49,551 bases of DNA from an uncultured bacterium (GTDB lineage Bacteria > JAJVIF01 > JAPKYR01), in NCBI GenBank assembly GCA_965369865.1, contig CBDURU010000016.1, positions 1 to 49,551 of the forward strand, in the 5' to 3' direction. The notes below the pieces were generated by a model. It had not been told where the DNA came from, did not search any database, and saw only the letters and a program-made list of their open reading frames with translations. This document shows, in pieces, positions 1 to 10,167 of this stretch. Each line of letters opens with the position of its first letter. Within the stretch, counting starts at the first letter, position 1. The position numbers and the translations under genes were made by a program.

Positions 1-62
1 CCATGAGAACTCCGGAAATACAGTTAGCAAAAAATACCTGTTAAGTGTGATTGGTTTAATTA

Positions 63-605
63 TCAGAATCGAGTAAATGAGTTGGAGTCGGAGGTATTAA
101 ATCTGGTTTTCTTTGTGCCACGTTTCTGTGCCGATGCAATTTTGGTCTGGTAGCTCGAGTAATTTTTTAAACCTTCACTGTCGTTCATATCCTTAGCGAT
201 CTGTAACATGTCTTCAAGATATGCGCGTGCGTCCGACAATTTCCCGTCCTCAAGCAACCTGTCCAGCGTTATGTCGGTGAAATCAATAACGGCTGGGGCT
301 GTTCCCGCCATGGTGCCTCCTGTATCCCCGGTCGTTCCCCTGCCCTTTTTGTATCTCGCGGTGTATTTTGCACGGATGTTGAAATCCTCGTTTCGTCCGA
401 TCGCCTTGTGCTGCCTCGCAGGCCCGATCGAAGCTCCCCTGAATAAAACAAGGTAAACCACAACAGCGGGAAATTGAAAAATAAATACCAGGAGAACCCA
501 GAGCAGGCCGGTGTTGTTATGCGTCTCGGCGTCATTATAGATCCAGATGATAATAGCAATCTGGAAAATAAAATACGCGTACAGAAATAATATTTTTAGT
601 GGCAT
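63..605 (-). CDS. Small membrane protein (2 N-terminal TM helices plus soluble helical C-terminus); paralog of 8913..9422
   Basis: 180-aa ORF with GGAGG SD. Hydrophobic N-terminus (IIWIYNDA...GLLWVLLVFIF...VVVYLVLFR). C-terminal DITLDRLLEDGKLSDARAYLEDMLQIAKDMND...YSSY is shared with the 8913..9422 protein. Confidence 0.75.
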   Translation of the reverse strand: MPLKILFLYAYFIFQIAIIIWIYNDAETHNNTGLLWVLLVFIFQFPAVVVYLVLFRGASIGPARQHKAIGRNEDFNIRAKYTARYKKGRGTTGDTGGTMAGTAPAVIDFTDITLDRLLEDGKLSDARAYLEDMLQIAKDMNDSEGLKNYSSYQTKIASAQKRGTKKTRFNTSDSNSFTRF

Positions 606-760
606 TGCTTGTCCCTCCGGTACTCCTATAATAAAGACAGATTAACATACAAATTGTTGCAGAAATATGACAAAACCACAATCTATCTTCAAAAATGATT
701 ATAAATCCCGTATAATGTAAGTCCTTACTCGAAAACCAGCAAATATTATAGAGGGTCCCA

Positions 761-3700
761 ATGCAAAAGATATTCCCTTCGGTTTTATTGGCAACTGTTT
801 TAGTAATAACGGCTCTTATTGCGATGTCCTGTGGAGGTGGCGGGAATCCTGTTGTCCCATCCAGCGATAATACATCCAATATTCAAGACTCAGGTGGTTC
901 GGAATTCTCACCGGAGCAGGATTCGACAGGCGAACCATTTAAAATGGATGATACTTGGCACCCCGATGATGGTCCCGATTACGCGCAGGACGAGGTGCTT
1001 ATAACATTTCATGACGGGTTTATCCAGTATGAAACGGATGGGCAGATGACACTGGATTCCGCTCAAAATGGTCTCGATTTACTGACCTCCCATGGGTTGG
1101 AAATTATCAAGATTCTGGAGTTAAGCTGGGGAACTCTCTATCAACTCAAGATTACAGATGGAATACCTGTCCAGGATAAAGTCAATGAACTTAAGTCAGT
1201 GCAGGAAATAGATATCGCGGAACCGAACTACCGCATGCATCTTCAGGATTCTCCCTGGGTTCCCAACGATCCATTGTGGGAAAATCCGAATGATTCTGAC
1301 GACGATCCGAGAACAAATGTCTGGGAACAGTTCGGGCCTTCGAAAATCGGGGCTAGTTATATCTGGGAAAATGTAACCGGGGAAGGACAGGTCGTTTGTA
1401 TCCTCGATACAGGTGTACAGACATGGCACGAGGATCTTGCCGATAATCTCTGGATAAACGAAGGTGAAATCCCGGATGATGGTATTGATAACGATGAAAA
1501 TGGCTACATCGATGACATTTATGGCTGGGATGTCGGCGATAATGACAATGACATAAAAGAGTACAACAACAACTACAATTATCACGGTACCGCATGTGCT
1601 GGTGTAGTAGCCGCGATCCGTGACAATAATCTCGGCTGTACCGGTATCGCTCCCGGATCGAAAGTGATGGGTGTCCGACTTCGATTTACCGCAACTTTCG
1701 TAACACAGGTTATCGAGGGAGTTGAGTACGCTAAAAATAACGGCGCGGATATTGTCAGTATGTCATTTATCAGCTCGGACTATTCTGAATCGATGGAGAA
1801 TACGATGATTGCCGCTGACGCCGCAGGTGTTCTTCTTGTAGCCGGTGCCGGCAACTACGATGCCACATATATTCTTTACCCATGCAGTTTTGACAGTGTA
1901 GTTAAGGTAGGAGCGACAAGTCCGTTCAGCCAGAAGTGGGCGTACAATCCGATCGACGAGGTGCGGATTTCAATAGCGGCCGGTTTCGGTTGGGGTTCGA
2001 CTTACGCCAATGGCCTTGAAATCATGGGGTACGGCGAGCACTACATAACAACCAAGGGAAATTGCGCGTCATGTTACTGGGATGGCGTCAACGATAATTT
2101 CTTTGGCGGGACATCCAACGCGACCCCGATGGTTGCCGCCGCTTATGCCCTTCTGAGAAGTTACTTCCCCGGAGAGACAAACGACTGGTACAGGGACAGG
2201 ATGAATGGAACCGCCGATGACCTTCATGGCGCCGGTTACGATATTGAAACCGCTAACGGCAGGATAAATGTTCTTCGCGCAATTTACGGTGCCGATCGGT
2301 ACGCTCTCGAAGAGGATGCCGATGGATTTGTCGATCTTGGGCCTCATGGCCTGGAGGTTTTTGACAGCGTAAATAACGCCCTGTCCGGTGATTACATAGA
2401 TCAATCGGATTTATACAAAATCACAACCGGGACATCGGGATACCAGGTTGTCATTCTTAATATTTTTACATATGGTGAAAACCTTGATATCAAGCTTTTC
2501 AGTCACCCGTCACTGGCGCCGGAATTCCTGCTAGATGAGGCTGTGGGTGAAAACCATGCTAATGATAATAAGGAAATCATCGGTACGGCTTGTGAAGCCG
2601 GTGAGACGTTTTACATCCAGGTCAATGCAGTTGCACCAGGTGACGCGTCCTCATATGACCTGACCGCTAAAATTGTTCAGAACGATTTCGATCTGGTCGA
2701 CCACGGCTCGATTGATCCCGGGTTTATTCATGTAGGGAAAAATAACGTCCTGGTCGGATACCTGACTTTCGAATCAGGTTTCAGGGTGTATCTTGAGGAA
2801 CTGATCCTCAGCATGTCAGGCTCGATGCCTCCGTCAAATCTGACAGGAATGCACCTTTACCGGGATATAGATGGCGATCATAATTTTGATTCCGGTGAAG
2901 AACTAATCGCCAACGCAAACGATAACGGCACAAACAGGTGGCGGTTCAGCGGTTTCAGCCATGAAATCAATATGACAAACAGCCCGATGTCATATTTCAT
3001 TACAGCCGACATTTCGGGAGTTACAGAGAATGCTGAATTCAGCCTGGTTTTAACAAGCTATAAGGATGCATCCACGGAAGAAGGGCTTGAAATTCCATAT
3101 ACAAAGTTCCCTGTTGAAATTGGGCCGGTGGTTGTCGGTGTTGATGTCGATCCGCCGACCTGGAACAGTACGGTCGGCGCCCAGCTTGCTGAACCACAGT
3201 ATGCAGCCGCGATGATTTACTGGAATGCGGCATCGGACGTATTGACGCCTCCTGTTAAATATAACGTTTACTGGACGCAGACACTTCCATTTGATTTTGG
3301 TTCGGCCGATGTCGCATGGAATGTCAACGATTCCGGAAGCACTGATTTCGACAGCGAATGGAAATTAACCGGATTGAATAATGATGAGGAATATTACATT
3401 GCTGTCAGGGCGGAAGATCAAGCCGGTAATGAAGAAGAAAATACGGTATATGTGACCGCGACGCCATCGGCTGCCAGCGACCCGACTAACCCGCAGGTAA
3501 TAGGCATCCGCAATACTCCCGGAAGTTCATGGGAGGTAGTCTGCGACCCTGCCAACCAGAGGGTCTTTGTCGCGGATTACCAGGGCGGTGTCAGGATAAT
3601 CGATGTCAGCGACCCGACAAATCCCACAAATGTTGATTCAGTCGCTGGAAGTGGTGTTGCAGGTGTGGACTTTGATGGGACTTATGTCTATGCGGCATCA

Positions 3701-4354
3701 GCGATCGGCCTCCTGATTATTGATCCGGATTTTGCGGGCGGAGCGGCAATTGTAAGCCAGGTATTTTTCTACAATGCTCTCGACGTTCAATTAGCCGGTA
3801 ACTGGGTATATGTCACAGATAGGGGTACGGAATTAATGCCTGTTGATATAACCGATCCGTTAACTCCGATAGAATATCCCTCGGTCAGCTCAGGCGATAT
3901 CGGTTACGGCATTGACGAGCAGAATGGTTACCTCTACGTAGCGACAAATACCAAACCAAGGGTTTTCGACCTGACCGATCCGTCCGCGCCTGTCATGGTG
4001 TCTACATTTGGCGGGAACGGGGCATACGAAATCGACGCAATTGATGACCTGCTGTATGTAACATACTGGTCACAGCACAGGTTCTCCATTTATGACCTGT
4101 CAGATCCAGCCGATCCGCAGTATATAAACCAGTATATTTCGGATGCCGGATACTATGGGGCCGATGTGGAGATGTTCAATGGATACCTTTATTTCGGGAC
4201 CAACAGTCGCGATATAGAGGTTCTGAACGTCGATGATCCATTGAATATATTCAAACTTGGCGAAATTCAGACAGATGGTCCGGACGGATTGGGCACCGAT
4301 GGTAGTTTCGTCTATTCGGCTGAAAACCAGCACGGTTTGAAAGTAATTATTTAG
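761..4354 (+). CDS. S8 (subtilisin-family) serine peptidase lipoprotein with C-terminal beta-sandwich/FN3-like and LVIVD-like repeat domains
   Basis: Lipobox-like IAMS-C. Catalytic triad motifs ILDTG, YHGTACAG and GTSNATP. NEGEIPDDGIDNDENGYIDDIYGWD insert. FN3-like YYIAVRAEDQAGNEE. Repeated (I/V)D(V/I)SDPxxP motifs. Confidence 0.9.
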   Translation: MQKIFPSVLLATVLVITALIAMSCGGGGNPVVPSSDNTSNIQDSGGSEFSPEQDSTGEPFKMDDTWHPDDGPDYAQDEVLITFHDGFIQYETDGQMTLDSAQNGLDLLTSHGLEIIKILELSWGTLYQLKITDGIPVQDKVNELKSVQEIDIAEPNYRMHLQDSPWVPNDPLWENPNDSDDDPRTNVWEQFGPSKIGASYIWENVTGEGQVVCILDTGVQTWHEDLADNLWINEGEIPDDGIDNDENGYIDDIYGWDVGDNDNDIKEYNNNYNYHGTACAGVVAAIRDNNLGCTGIAPGSKVMGVRLRFTATFVTQVIEGVEYAKNNGADIVSMSFISSDYSESMENTMIAADAAGVLLVAGAGNYDATYILYPCSFDSVVKVGATSPFSQKWAYNPIDEVRISIAAGFGWGSTYANGLEIMGYGEHYITTKGNCASCYWDGVNDNFFGGTSNATPMVAAAYALLRSYFPGETNDWYRDRMNGTADDLHGAGYDIETANGRINVLRAIYGADRYALEEDADGFVDLGPHGLEVFDSVNNALSGDYIDQSDLYKITTGTSGYQVVILNIFTYGENLDIKLFSHPSLAPEFLLDEAVGENHANDNKEIIGTACEAGETFYIQVNAVAPGDASSYDLTAKIVQNDFDLVDHGSIDPGFIHVGKNNVLVGYLTFESGFRVYLEELILSMSGSMPPSNLTGMHLYRDIDGDHNFDSGEELIANANDNGTNRWRFSGFSHEINMTNSPMSYFITADISGVTENAEFSLVLTSYKDASTEEGLEIPYTKFPVEIGPVVVGVDVDPPTWNSTVGAQLAEPQYAAAMIYWNAASDVLTPPVKYNVYWTQTLPFDFGSADVAWNVNDSGSTDFDSEWKLTGLNNDEEYYIAVRAEDQAGNEEENTVYVTATPSAASDPTNPQVIGIRNTPGSSWEVVCDPANQRVFVADYQGGVRIIDVSDPTNPTNVDSVAGSGVAGVDFDGTYVYAASAIGLLIIDPDFAGGAAIVSQVFFYNALDVQLAGNWVYVTDRGTELMPVDITDPLTPIEYPSVSSGDIGYGIDEQNGYLYVATNTKPRVFDLTDPSAPVMVSTFGGNGAYEIDAIDDLLYVTYWSQHRFSIYDLSDPADPQYINQYISDAGYYGADVEMFNGYLYFGTNSRDIEVLNVDDPLNIFKLGEIQTDGPDGLGTDGSFVYSAENQHGLKVII

Positions 4355-4412
4355 TTAACACAGACCTTTTATCATCTATAGTACTGGGGGTTTATTTTAT
4401 TGAGGTTCCTCT

Positions 4413-7400
4413 ATGTCAAATCGCATTTCGGTTTTACCAGTTATTGCTCTTTTAATCGCATCACTTTTTCTGTTAACTTCATGCAGTGGTTCAGATCCAA
4501 TCTCCCCGTCTAATAATGAAGGGGTAATTGACCAGTTATCGCACGAAGATTCACAATCCGGTGGACTGGAGCTTACACAGAGCGACCAGGCATTCACTCC
4601 TTCCTCCCAGACGGATGATTCCCTGCCTTATGCCCCGAATCAGGTTCTTATCACGCTGAATGCGGAATACATCCAGGAGAATTATATTTCGCAGCAACCG
4701 GATACGAATGAAGATGGAACATCCATCCTCGATCAATATGGTGTTTCACTTCGGGAAGGGATCGATGCCGGTTGGTCTATGGTATATGTATTGGAAATCA
4801 TTGATGGTGCATCGGTTCCGGATAAAGTTGCTGAACTTGAATCGCTTCCTGAAGTTGGAATAGCGGAACCTAACTACCGGTACGATTTCTGCGATGTCCC
4901 CTACACTCCCAACGATCCATTATGGGAGAATCCGAATGACAGCGATGAGGATCCAAGGACTTCGGTTTTCGAACAATTCGGGCCGTCAAAAATTGGGGCA
5001 AACGTGGTCTGGAATGACACATTTGGCAACCCGTCTGTTGTCGTATGCGTGATAGACTCAGGCATTGCGTACGATCACGAAGATCTTGAGAATGTCATGT
5101 GGATCAATGCAGATGAAATTCCCGATAACGAAATCGATGATGACTTTAACGGTTTTATCGATGACATTTACGGGTGGGATTTTTACGAGGACGATAACGA
5201 TATCAAGGAATATGACAACAGCGAATATTACCACGGGACATCGTGCGCGGGTGTGATAGCCACGGAACATGATAACGAGCTTGGTTGTGCCGGCATAGCT
5301 CCAGGCTCAAGGCTGATGGGGGTAAGGATTGGATTCGGGTACTCGTACCTTTCCGTTTTACTTGGAGGGGTGAAATACGCCAGAGATAACGGCGCGGATA
5401 TCCTCAGCATGTCTTTCAGCGGCACAGAGTACTCTTCAATATTAAATAATTCCATGAAATATGCATGGAATGACGGACTGGTGCTTGTCGCGGCTGCCTC
5501 CAACGACGACAACCAGGAACTCCACTATCCAGCCGCCTATGATTCCGTTGTATGTGTGGGAGGGACCTCACCGTTCGGAAAAAGATGGTCATACCAGCCC
5601 ATAGATGAAATCCGTATAACAAAATCGGCAGGTTTCTACTGGGGATCAAATTACGGACCGCAACTTGAGGTCATGGGATTTGGTGAATTCTACATAACAA
5701 CCCGGGGAAACAACGTTACCAGCTATTACACCGGGAACAACGACAGCTTTTTCAGGGGAACATCGAATGCAACGCCGATGGTCGCCGGTGGATTCGCCCT
5801 TTTGAAGAGCATGCATCCCGATCAGAATAACCAGTGGCTGAGGGACAGGATGAGAGACACATCCGATGACCTTGATATTGCAGGATTCGACATAGAAACG
5901 GGATATGGAAGGCTGAACCTTATCCGTGCGTGTTACGGGTCAGACAGGTACGCTGATAATGAAGATGAAAATGGTTTTGTTGATGTGACAGTGGATGACT
6001 TCCAGATGATCGACAGCATCCATGCGGTCTCAGGCGATTATGCGGATACGGAGGACCTTTACAAAATCACCGCAACCGAAGATGGTTCCCTGAACTTCTT
6101 CCTCGATATCTGGACATGGGGAGAGACTCTCAATCTCTTTTTATACAGCGATCCATCCCTCGCTCCAGAGTATCAAATCGATCAGTCCGCGGGAGATAAC
6201 CATGCGACCAATTCTTTTGAAGTTGTCGGATGCGCATGCGAGGCTGGAGAGACCTACTATATCAAAATTGCCCCGGCGGATTTCGGCGATTCGACTACAT
6301 ACACCCTCAGCGTTGAATATGTCCAACCCTATCTTGAGCTTGAGATAGAAACGTACGATATCGGATTCGTGCACCTCGGCGGGACTAACAAAGTAATGGG
6401 GCATCTCGATTTCTCATCCAGCCTGGTGACACGGATTTCTGAGATTATATTCAACCTTAAAGGGACAATGCCAGGGCAGAAATTAACGAAATTGTCATTG
6501 TATAAGGACACCTATGTAAACGGGATTTATAACAGCCTGGATGAGCATATTGCCGATGCTCAACTTTTCGGAACAAACCGCGCGATATTCTCGAACCTGT
6601 ACGAGCAGATTTCCCATCCGACAAGCCCGACACGATATTTTCTTCTCGCAAATTTCAGCGGCATTACTGAGGATGCCGGGTTTGAGCTTGTTATGTCAAA
6701 CTACAAGCATGTAGAAACAATCGAGGGAATTGAAATCGCGTATGATTCATTCCCCTATTCATTCGGGCCTTACGAGGTTGGGGTGGATATTGAACCGCCG
6801 GTCTGGGATGACACTGTCGGGGTACAGGCAACCCGTCCGAGATATGAGGGGGCGGGCATTTTCTGGAACAGTGCGAGTGATGTCCGGACTCCTCCTGTCG
6901 AATACAATATTTACTGGACGACCGAGTTACCGTTCGAATTCTCCACGGCGCAGGTTGAGGAAGATGTGAGTTTCTGGGACGCGGGCGAGGATTATGACCA
7001 CGGCTGTGTCATCCATGGGCTTGAAAATTACCAGGAGCATTTCGTCATGGTGAAAGCTATCGATCAGGCCGGTAATGAGGATGAAAATGCTATCTACCTG
7101 TCCGTAATCCCGGATGATATAACCGATCCCACATGGCCCCAGTTGGTAGGTTCTTTTGATACTGAAGGAAACGCGCGGGAGGTAAAGGCGGACCCTGTTA
7201 ATCAAAGAGTTTTTGTAGCGGACTCAAACGGCGGCCTTCTGATTATCGATATCAGCGATCCGATTGAACCGGTTCTGGTTGACACTGTGGAAGGGACCGA
7301 TGTGTTTGGTGTCGATTATGACGGCGTTTACGTTTACGCAGCATATGCACCCGGCTTGATGATTATCGACCCGGATGCAGTGGAAGGAGCTGAAATTGTA

Positions 7401-8003
7401 GCGACAGTCGATTTCCCGGATGCTCTCGATCTGTGCGTGGCAGGAAACTGGGTTTATATAACCAACGAAGGCACTTCGCTGCTGCCGGTAGATATAACCG
7501 ATCCTCTTAATCCAGTGGCTTATGGTCCGGTAGTATCAGGAAATTATGGTTACGCCCTTCAGGTGCATAATGGATTCCTGTATATCGCGACATGGAGCCA
7601 GACAAGGATTTTCGATTTAACGGATCCAGCGGTTCCGGTAGAGATCGCAAATATCGGTGCATCGCAAGGTCATGACGTGCTTGCGATCGATGACCGGCTG
7701 TACTGCACAATCTGGAACAACAGGAAAGTTTCAATATTCGATATCAATGACCCATTAACTGAAGTACCTTTCCTGGGTGAAAGGGTTTCCAATTCAGGAT
7801 ACCGGGGAGCAGGTTCAGTTATGTTCAATGGTTACCTGTATTTCGGTACGGAGTCGTGGGGGATCGAGGTTCTGGATGTCACGGATCCGGAGAATATTTT
7901 CGAGGTGGGGCAGATCCATACAAACGGCCCTGATGGAATGGACACGGATGGGATTTTTATATACACAGCCGAAAGAGGCCACGGCCTGAAAATTTTCCTA
8001 TAA
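4413..8003 (+). CDS. S8 serine peptidase lipoprotein, tandem paralog of 761..4354
   Basis: LLTS-C lipobox. Triad motifs VIDSG, YHGTSCAG and GTSNATP. Same domain order and nearly the same length (1196 vs 1197 aa). Confidence 0.9.
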   Translation: MSNRISVLPVIALLIASLFLLTSCSGSDPISPSNNEGVIDQLSHEDSQSGGLELTQSDQAFTPSSQTDDSLPYAPNQVLITLNAEYIQENYISQQPDTNEDGTSILDQYGVSLREGIDAGWSMVYVLEIIDGASVPDKVAELESLPEVGIAEPNYRYDFCDVPYTPNDPLWENPNDSDEDPRTSVFEQFGPSKIGANVVWNDTFGNPSVVVCVIDSGIAYDHEDLENVMWINADEIPDNEIDDDFNGFIDDIYGWDFYEDDNDIKEYDNSEYYHGTSCAGVIATEHDNELGCAGIAPGSRLMGVRIGFGYSYLSVLLGGVKYARDNGADILSMSFSGTEYSSILNNSMKYAWNDGLVLVAAASNDDNQELHYPAAYDSVVCVGGTSPFGKRWSYQPIDEIRITKSAGFYWGSNYGPQLEVMGFGEFYITTRGNNVTSYYTGNNDSFFRGTSNATPMVAGGFALLKSMHPDQNNQWLRDRMRDTSDDLDIAGFDIETGYGRLNLIRACYGSDRYADNEDENGFVDVTVDDFQMIDSIHAVSGDYADTEDLYKITATEDGSLNFFLDIWTWGETLNLFLYSDPSLAPEYQIDQSAGDNHATNSFEVVGCACEAGETYYIKIAPADFGDSTTYTLSVEYVQPYLELEIETYDIGFVHLGGTNKVMGHLDFSSSLVTRISEIIFNLKGTMPGQKLTKLSLYKDTYVNGIYNSLDEHIADAQLFGTNRAIFSNLYEQISHPTSPTRYFLLANFSGITEDAGFELVMSNYKHVETIEGIEIAYDSFPYSFGPYEVGVDIEPPVWDDTVGVQATRPRYEGAGIFWNSASDVRTPPVEYNIYWTTELPFEFSTAQVEEDVSFWDAGEDYDHGCVIHGLENYQEHFVMVKAIDQAGNEDENAIYLSVIPDDITDPTWPQLVGSFDTEGNAREVKADPVNQRVFVADSNGGLLIIDISDPIEPVLVDTVEGTDVFGVDYDGVYVYAAYAPGLMIIDPDAVEGAEIVATVDFPDALDLCVAGNWVYITNEGTSLLPVDITDPLNPVAYGPVVSGNYGYALQVHNGFLYIATWSQTRIFDLTDPAVPVEIANIGASQGHDVLAIDDRLYCTIWNNRKVSIFDINDPLTEVPFLGERVSNSGYRGAGSVMFNGYLYFGTESWGIEVLDVTDPENIFEVGQIHTNGPDGMDTDGIFIYTAERGHGLKIFL

Positions 8004-8042
8004 CCCCCTATGTAACATGTGCATCCCGCGCATGATTACCCG

Positions 8043-8071
8043 TTGCATTGATGTCCCCGTCGATGTATAAA
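8043..8071 (+). promoter_or_regulatory. Sigma70-like promoter, probably giving a leaderless mRNA
   Basis: TTGCAT-17nt-TATAAA ending 7 nt before the ATG at 8079, with no SD. Confidence 0.5.
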
Positions 8072-8078
8072 CATACTA

Positions 8079-8912
8079 ATGAAACTCTCTTTAAAAAGAG
8101 ATCAGCAATTCGATGAGAATCAGCTTTATTACCAGTGGCTTCATACCCGGTCTGCCAGGCCGCTTAAGAGTACCCGTTATTTTGTAATATCACTCTGGAT
8201 ACTGGCATTCATTTTCTTTTTAACAATTGACTTGTATTCCTACTCGTTTAATTATTTCACTGATGTTGTTGTACCCCTGGCACTTTTCGGTATTCCTGTA
8301 ATATTCACATTGTGGGAATTTCTATACTTCCTGCCAAGGGCAATTGTCGACGATACCAGCACAGACCAATTGGGATTTATCTTCTCTTCACCGGTCTCAA
8401 CAGACGATATAGTCAGTGGACTCAGAAAATTCTTCATCCGTATAAATCTCTTAAAATTAGCGCCCCCAATCGTAGCAATCATACTGGTGTACTTAAAGTC
8501 ATCTCCCACCGGTATTGAATTAAACGATATTATAACACCCGGCATGACAATTCTGTGTTCGATCGCGGTGTGGTGGTTTATTGTGGAAACAGGAATATTC
8601 ACAGCGGCCATGCCGAGGGCGATTTCCGTAACCGGTGCAATGGTCCTGTTATGGGTGGTTCCAATCCTTGTCGGATTTTTCTGGGGTGGACATAGCATTG
8701 CATGGTTTGGGTGGGAGTATTTTTTGAATGTTGAATATTCTGATACCTGGACTTCCGAGAGTGGAGATTTGGATGAATGGCTAAGAATTCACACCCTTCG
8801 GACATTATGGTTCTCAGTTCACTATATAGTACTCCTACTGATCCCCACCCTGTATCTCTTCTTCAATTCAAGACGGCATATGGAATTTCGACGGCGGGGG
8901 AGATGGCAGTAA
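8079..8912 (+). CDS. Multi-pass membrane protein, ABC-2 permease-like
   Basis: 277 aa with about 6 hydrophobic segments. IFSSPVSTDDIVSG resembles the LL-x-T/S-P-x-S-xx-xIV-xG motif of ABC-2 permeases. No ATPase gene is adjacent. Confidence 0.55.
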   Translation: MKLSLKRDQQFDENQLYYQWLHTRSARPLKSTRYFVISLWILAFIFFLTIDLYSYSFNYFTDVVVPLALFGIPVIFTLWEFLYFLPRAIVDDTSTDQLGFIFSSPVSTDDIVSGLRKFFIRINLLKLAPPIVAIILVYLKSSPTGIELNDIITPGMTILCSIAVWWFIVETGIFTAAMPRAISVTGAMVLLWVVPILVGFFWGGHSIAWFGWEYFLNVEYSDTWTSESGDLDEWLRIHTLRTLWFSVHYIVLLLIPTLYLFFNSRRHMEFRRRGRWQ

Positions 8913-9422
8913 TCAAATATCAATCAACCGGTCATCTTCTGTGGTTTCCATCACGGTAATTTTTCTTGAGTACGATTCATATTTCTCCATGGTATTAAAA
9001 TCTCCAGTTTCATCCGCGATTTTCAGGATTCCATCGAGATGTTTCCTTGCTGCTGCGATATTTTCATCCCTGATTAATTCATCCAAATCACGGTCCTGGA
9101 ACTGCCCGTCGTTGTTGCTGGGCTCAATGCTGAAGGGTGAAAACTCTCCCTGTGATTTCATTTCTTCGATTTTCTTCCGCTCGATATAAATTGGTGACGA
9201 AATTTTTTCAATGAGGTTCTTCTTTTGAAAACGTTGAGCGGCTAATTTAAGGGAATCGAGGTTAAAGAAGATGTAGAAGATGAAACCATAGAGCCCGGTG
9301 AAGAAAATTAAAGCAGCCCATCCGATCCCGCTTCGTCCGTTAAGGCGCTGATCATGGTAGACAAGCATGGCAAGCGCTATGTGCAGGACTAAAGATATAT
9401 TGGGTGATATGAATCCAATCAT
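8913..9422 (-). CDS. Small membrane protein, paralog of 63..605
   Basis: LVYHDQ...GIGWAALIFFTGLYGFIFYIFF. C-terminal FQDRDLDELIRDENIAAARKHLDGILKIADETGD...YESY. Confidence 0.75.
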   Translation of the reverse strand: MIGFISPNISLVLHIALAMLVYHDQRLNGRSGIGWAALIFFTGLYGFIFYIFFNLDSLKLAAQRFQKKNLIEKISSPIYIERKKIEEMKSQGEFSPFSIEPSNNDGQFQDRDLDELIRDENIAAARKHLDGILKIADETGDFNTMEKYESYSRKITVMETTEDDRLIDI

Positions 9423-9470
9423 GGTACTTTCCCTAATACTCCTAAGATTACCAGATTAATCATAAGTTGC

Positions 9471-9496
9471 AAAACACCCGGCAATTACCGGGTGTA
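9471..9496 (-). terminator. Intrinsic terminator after tRNA-Ser
   Basis: ACACCCGG-taattg-CCGGGTGT hairpin followed by a T-run on the minus strand. Confidence 0.6.
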
Positions 9497-9498
9497 TT

Positions 9499-9594
<96 letters not shown>

Positions 9595-9611
9595 AGATCA
9601 ATAGTATTTTT

Positions 9612-9872
9612 TCATCTACTGTTATTAATGTTGCTGTTGCTATGTCCCTCGATTCCAATATCCTCAAGCGAGGTCGAAATGTAATGCTCATTCATATGGT
9701 AGAAGATCGGTTTCTCAGTCTGAAGGAGGTGCACAAGGATATAAAGCTCCTCCGGGCTTTCGACCTTCTCTTCGTGTATCGCACCCATATTGTCTTTCAG
9801 CCAGAGCCATCCGAAATGCTCATCGAGGTCCCATTTGGCGCCGTACTGAACGATTTCCCTTATTTCGTCCAC
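9612..9872 (-). CDS. Small hypothetical protein (86 aa) between tRNA genes
   Basis: GTG start preceded by a GAAGGGG SD-like sequence. Protein-like composition (…LVHLLQTEKPIFY…ISTSLEDIG). Confidence 0.6.
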   Translation of the reverse strand: MDEIREIVQYGAKWDLDEHFGWLWLKDNMGAIHEEKVESPEELYILVHLLQTEKPIFYHMNEHYISTSLEDIGIEGHSNSNINNSR

Positions 9873-9970
9873 TTTTTATTCCCCTTCGTGTTCGTACGTG
9901 GTCATGTAGTTCTGGATAGTGTCGACCACCTGGGAAATTGATAAAAGCTATATTATTTTTAAAAGTTCAG

Positions 9971-10045
9971 TGGTGCCCTCACCAGGACTCGAACCTGGAT
10001 CGCCGGTTTAGGAGACCGAAGCTCTATCCCTTGAGCTATGAGGGC
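9971..10045 (-). tRNA. tRNA-Arg (anticodon CCT)
   Basis: GCCCTCATAGCTCAAGGGATAGAG…TCGGT-CT-CCT-AA-ACCGG…GGTTCGAGTCC…GAGGGCACCA. Confidence 0.95.
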
Positions 10046-10078
10046 ACGCTGGTCTGAGTATTCTCGAAAATAAAAAGC

Positions 10079-10153
10079 TGGTGCGCTCGCCGGGATTCGA
10101 ACCCGGATCGTCGGCTCCGCAGGCCGATACTCTATCCATTGAGCTACGAGCGC
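10079..10153 (-). tRNA. tRNA-Arg (anticodon GCG)
   Basis: GCGCTCGTAGCTCAATGGATAGAG…TCGGC-CT-GCG-GA-GCCGA…GGTTCGAATCC…GAGCGCACCA. Confidence 0.93.
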
Positions 10154-10167
10154 ATGTATTTCATATC

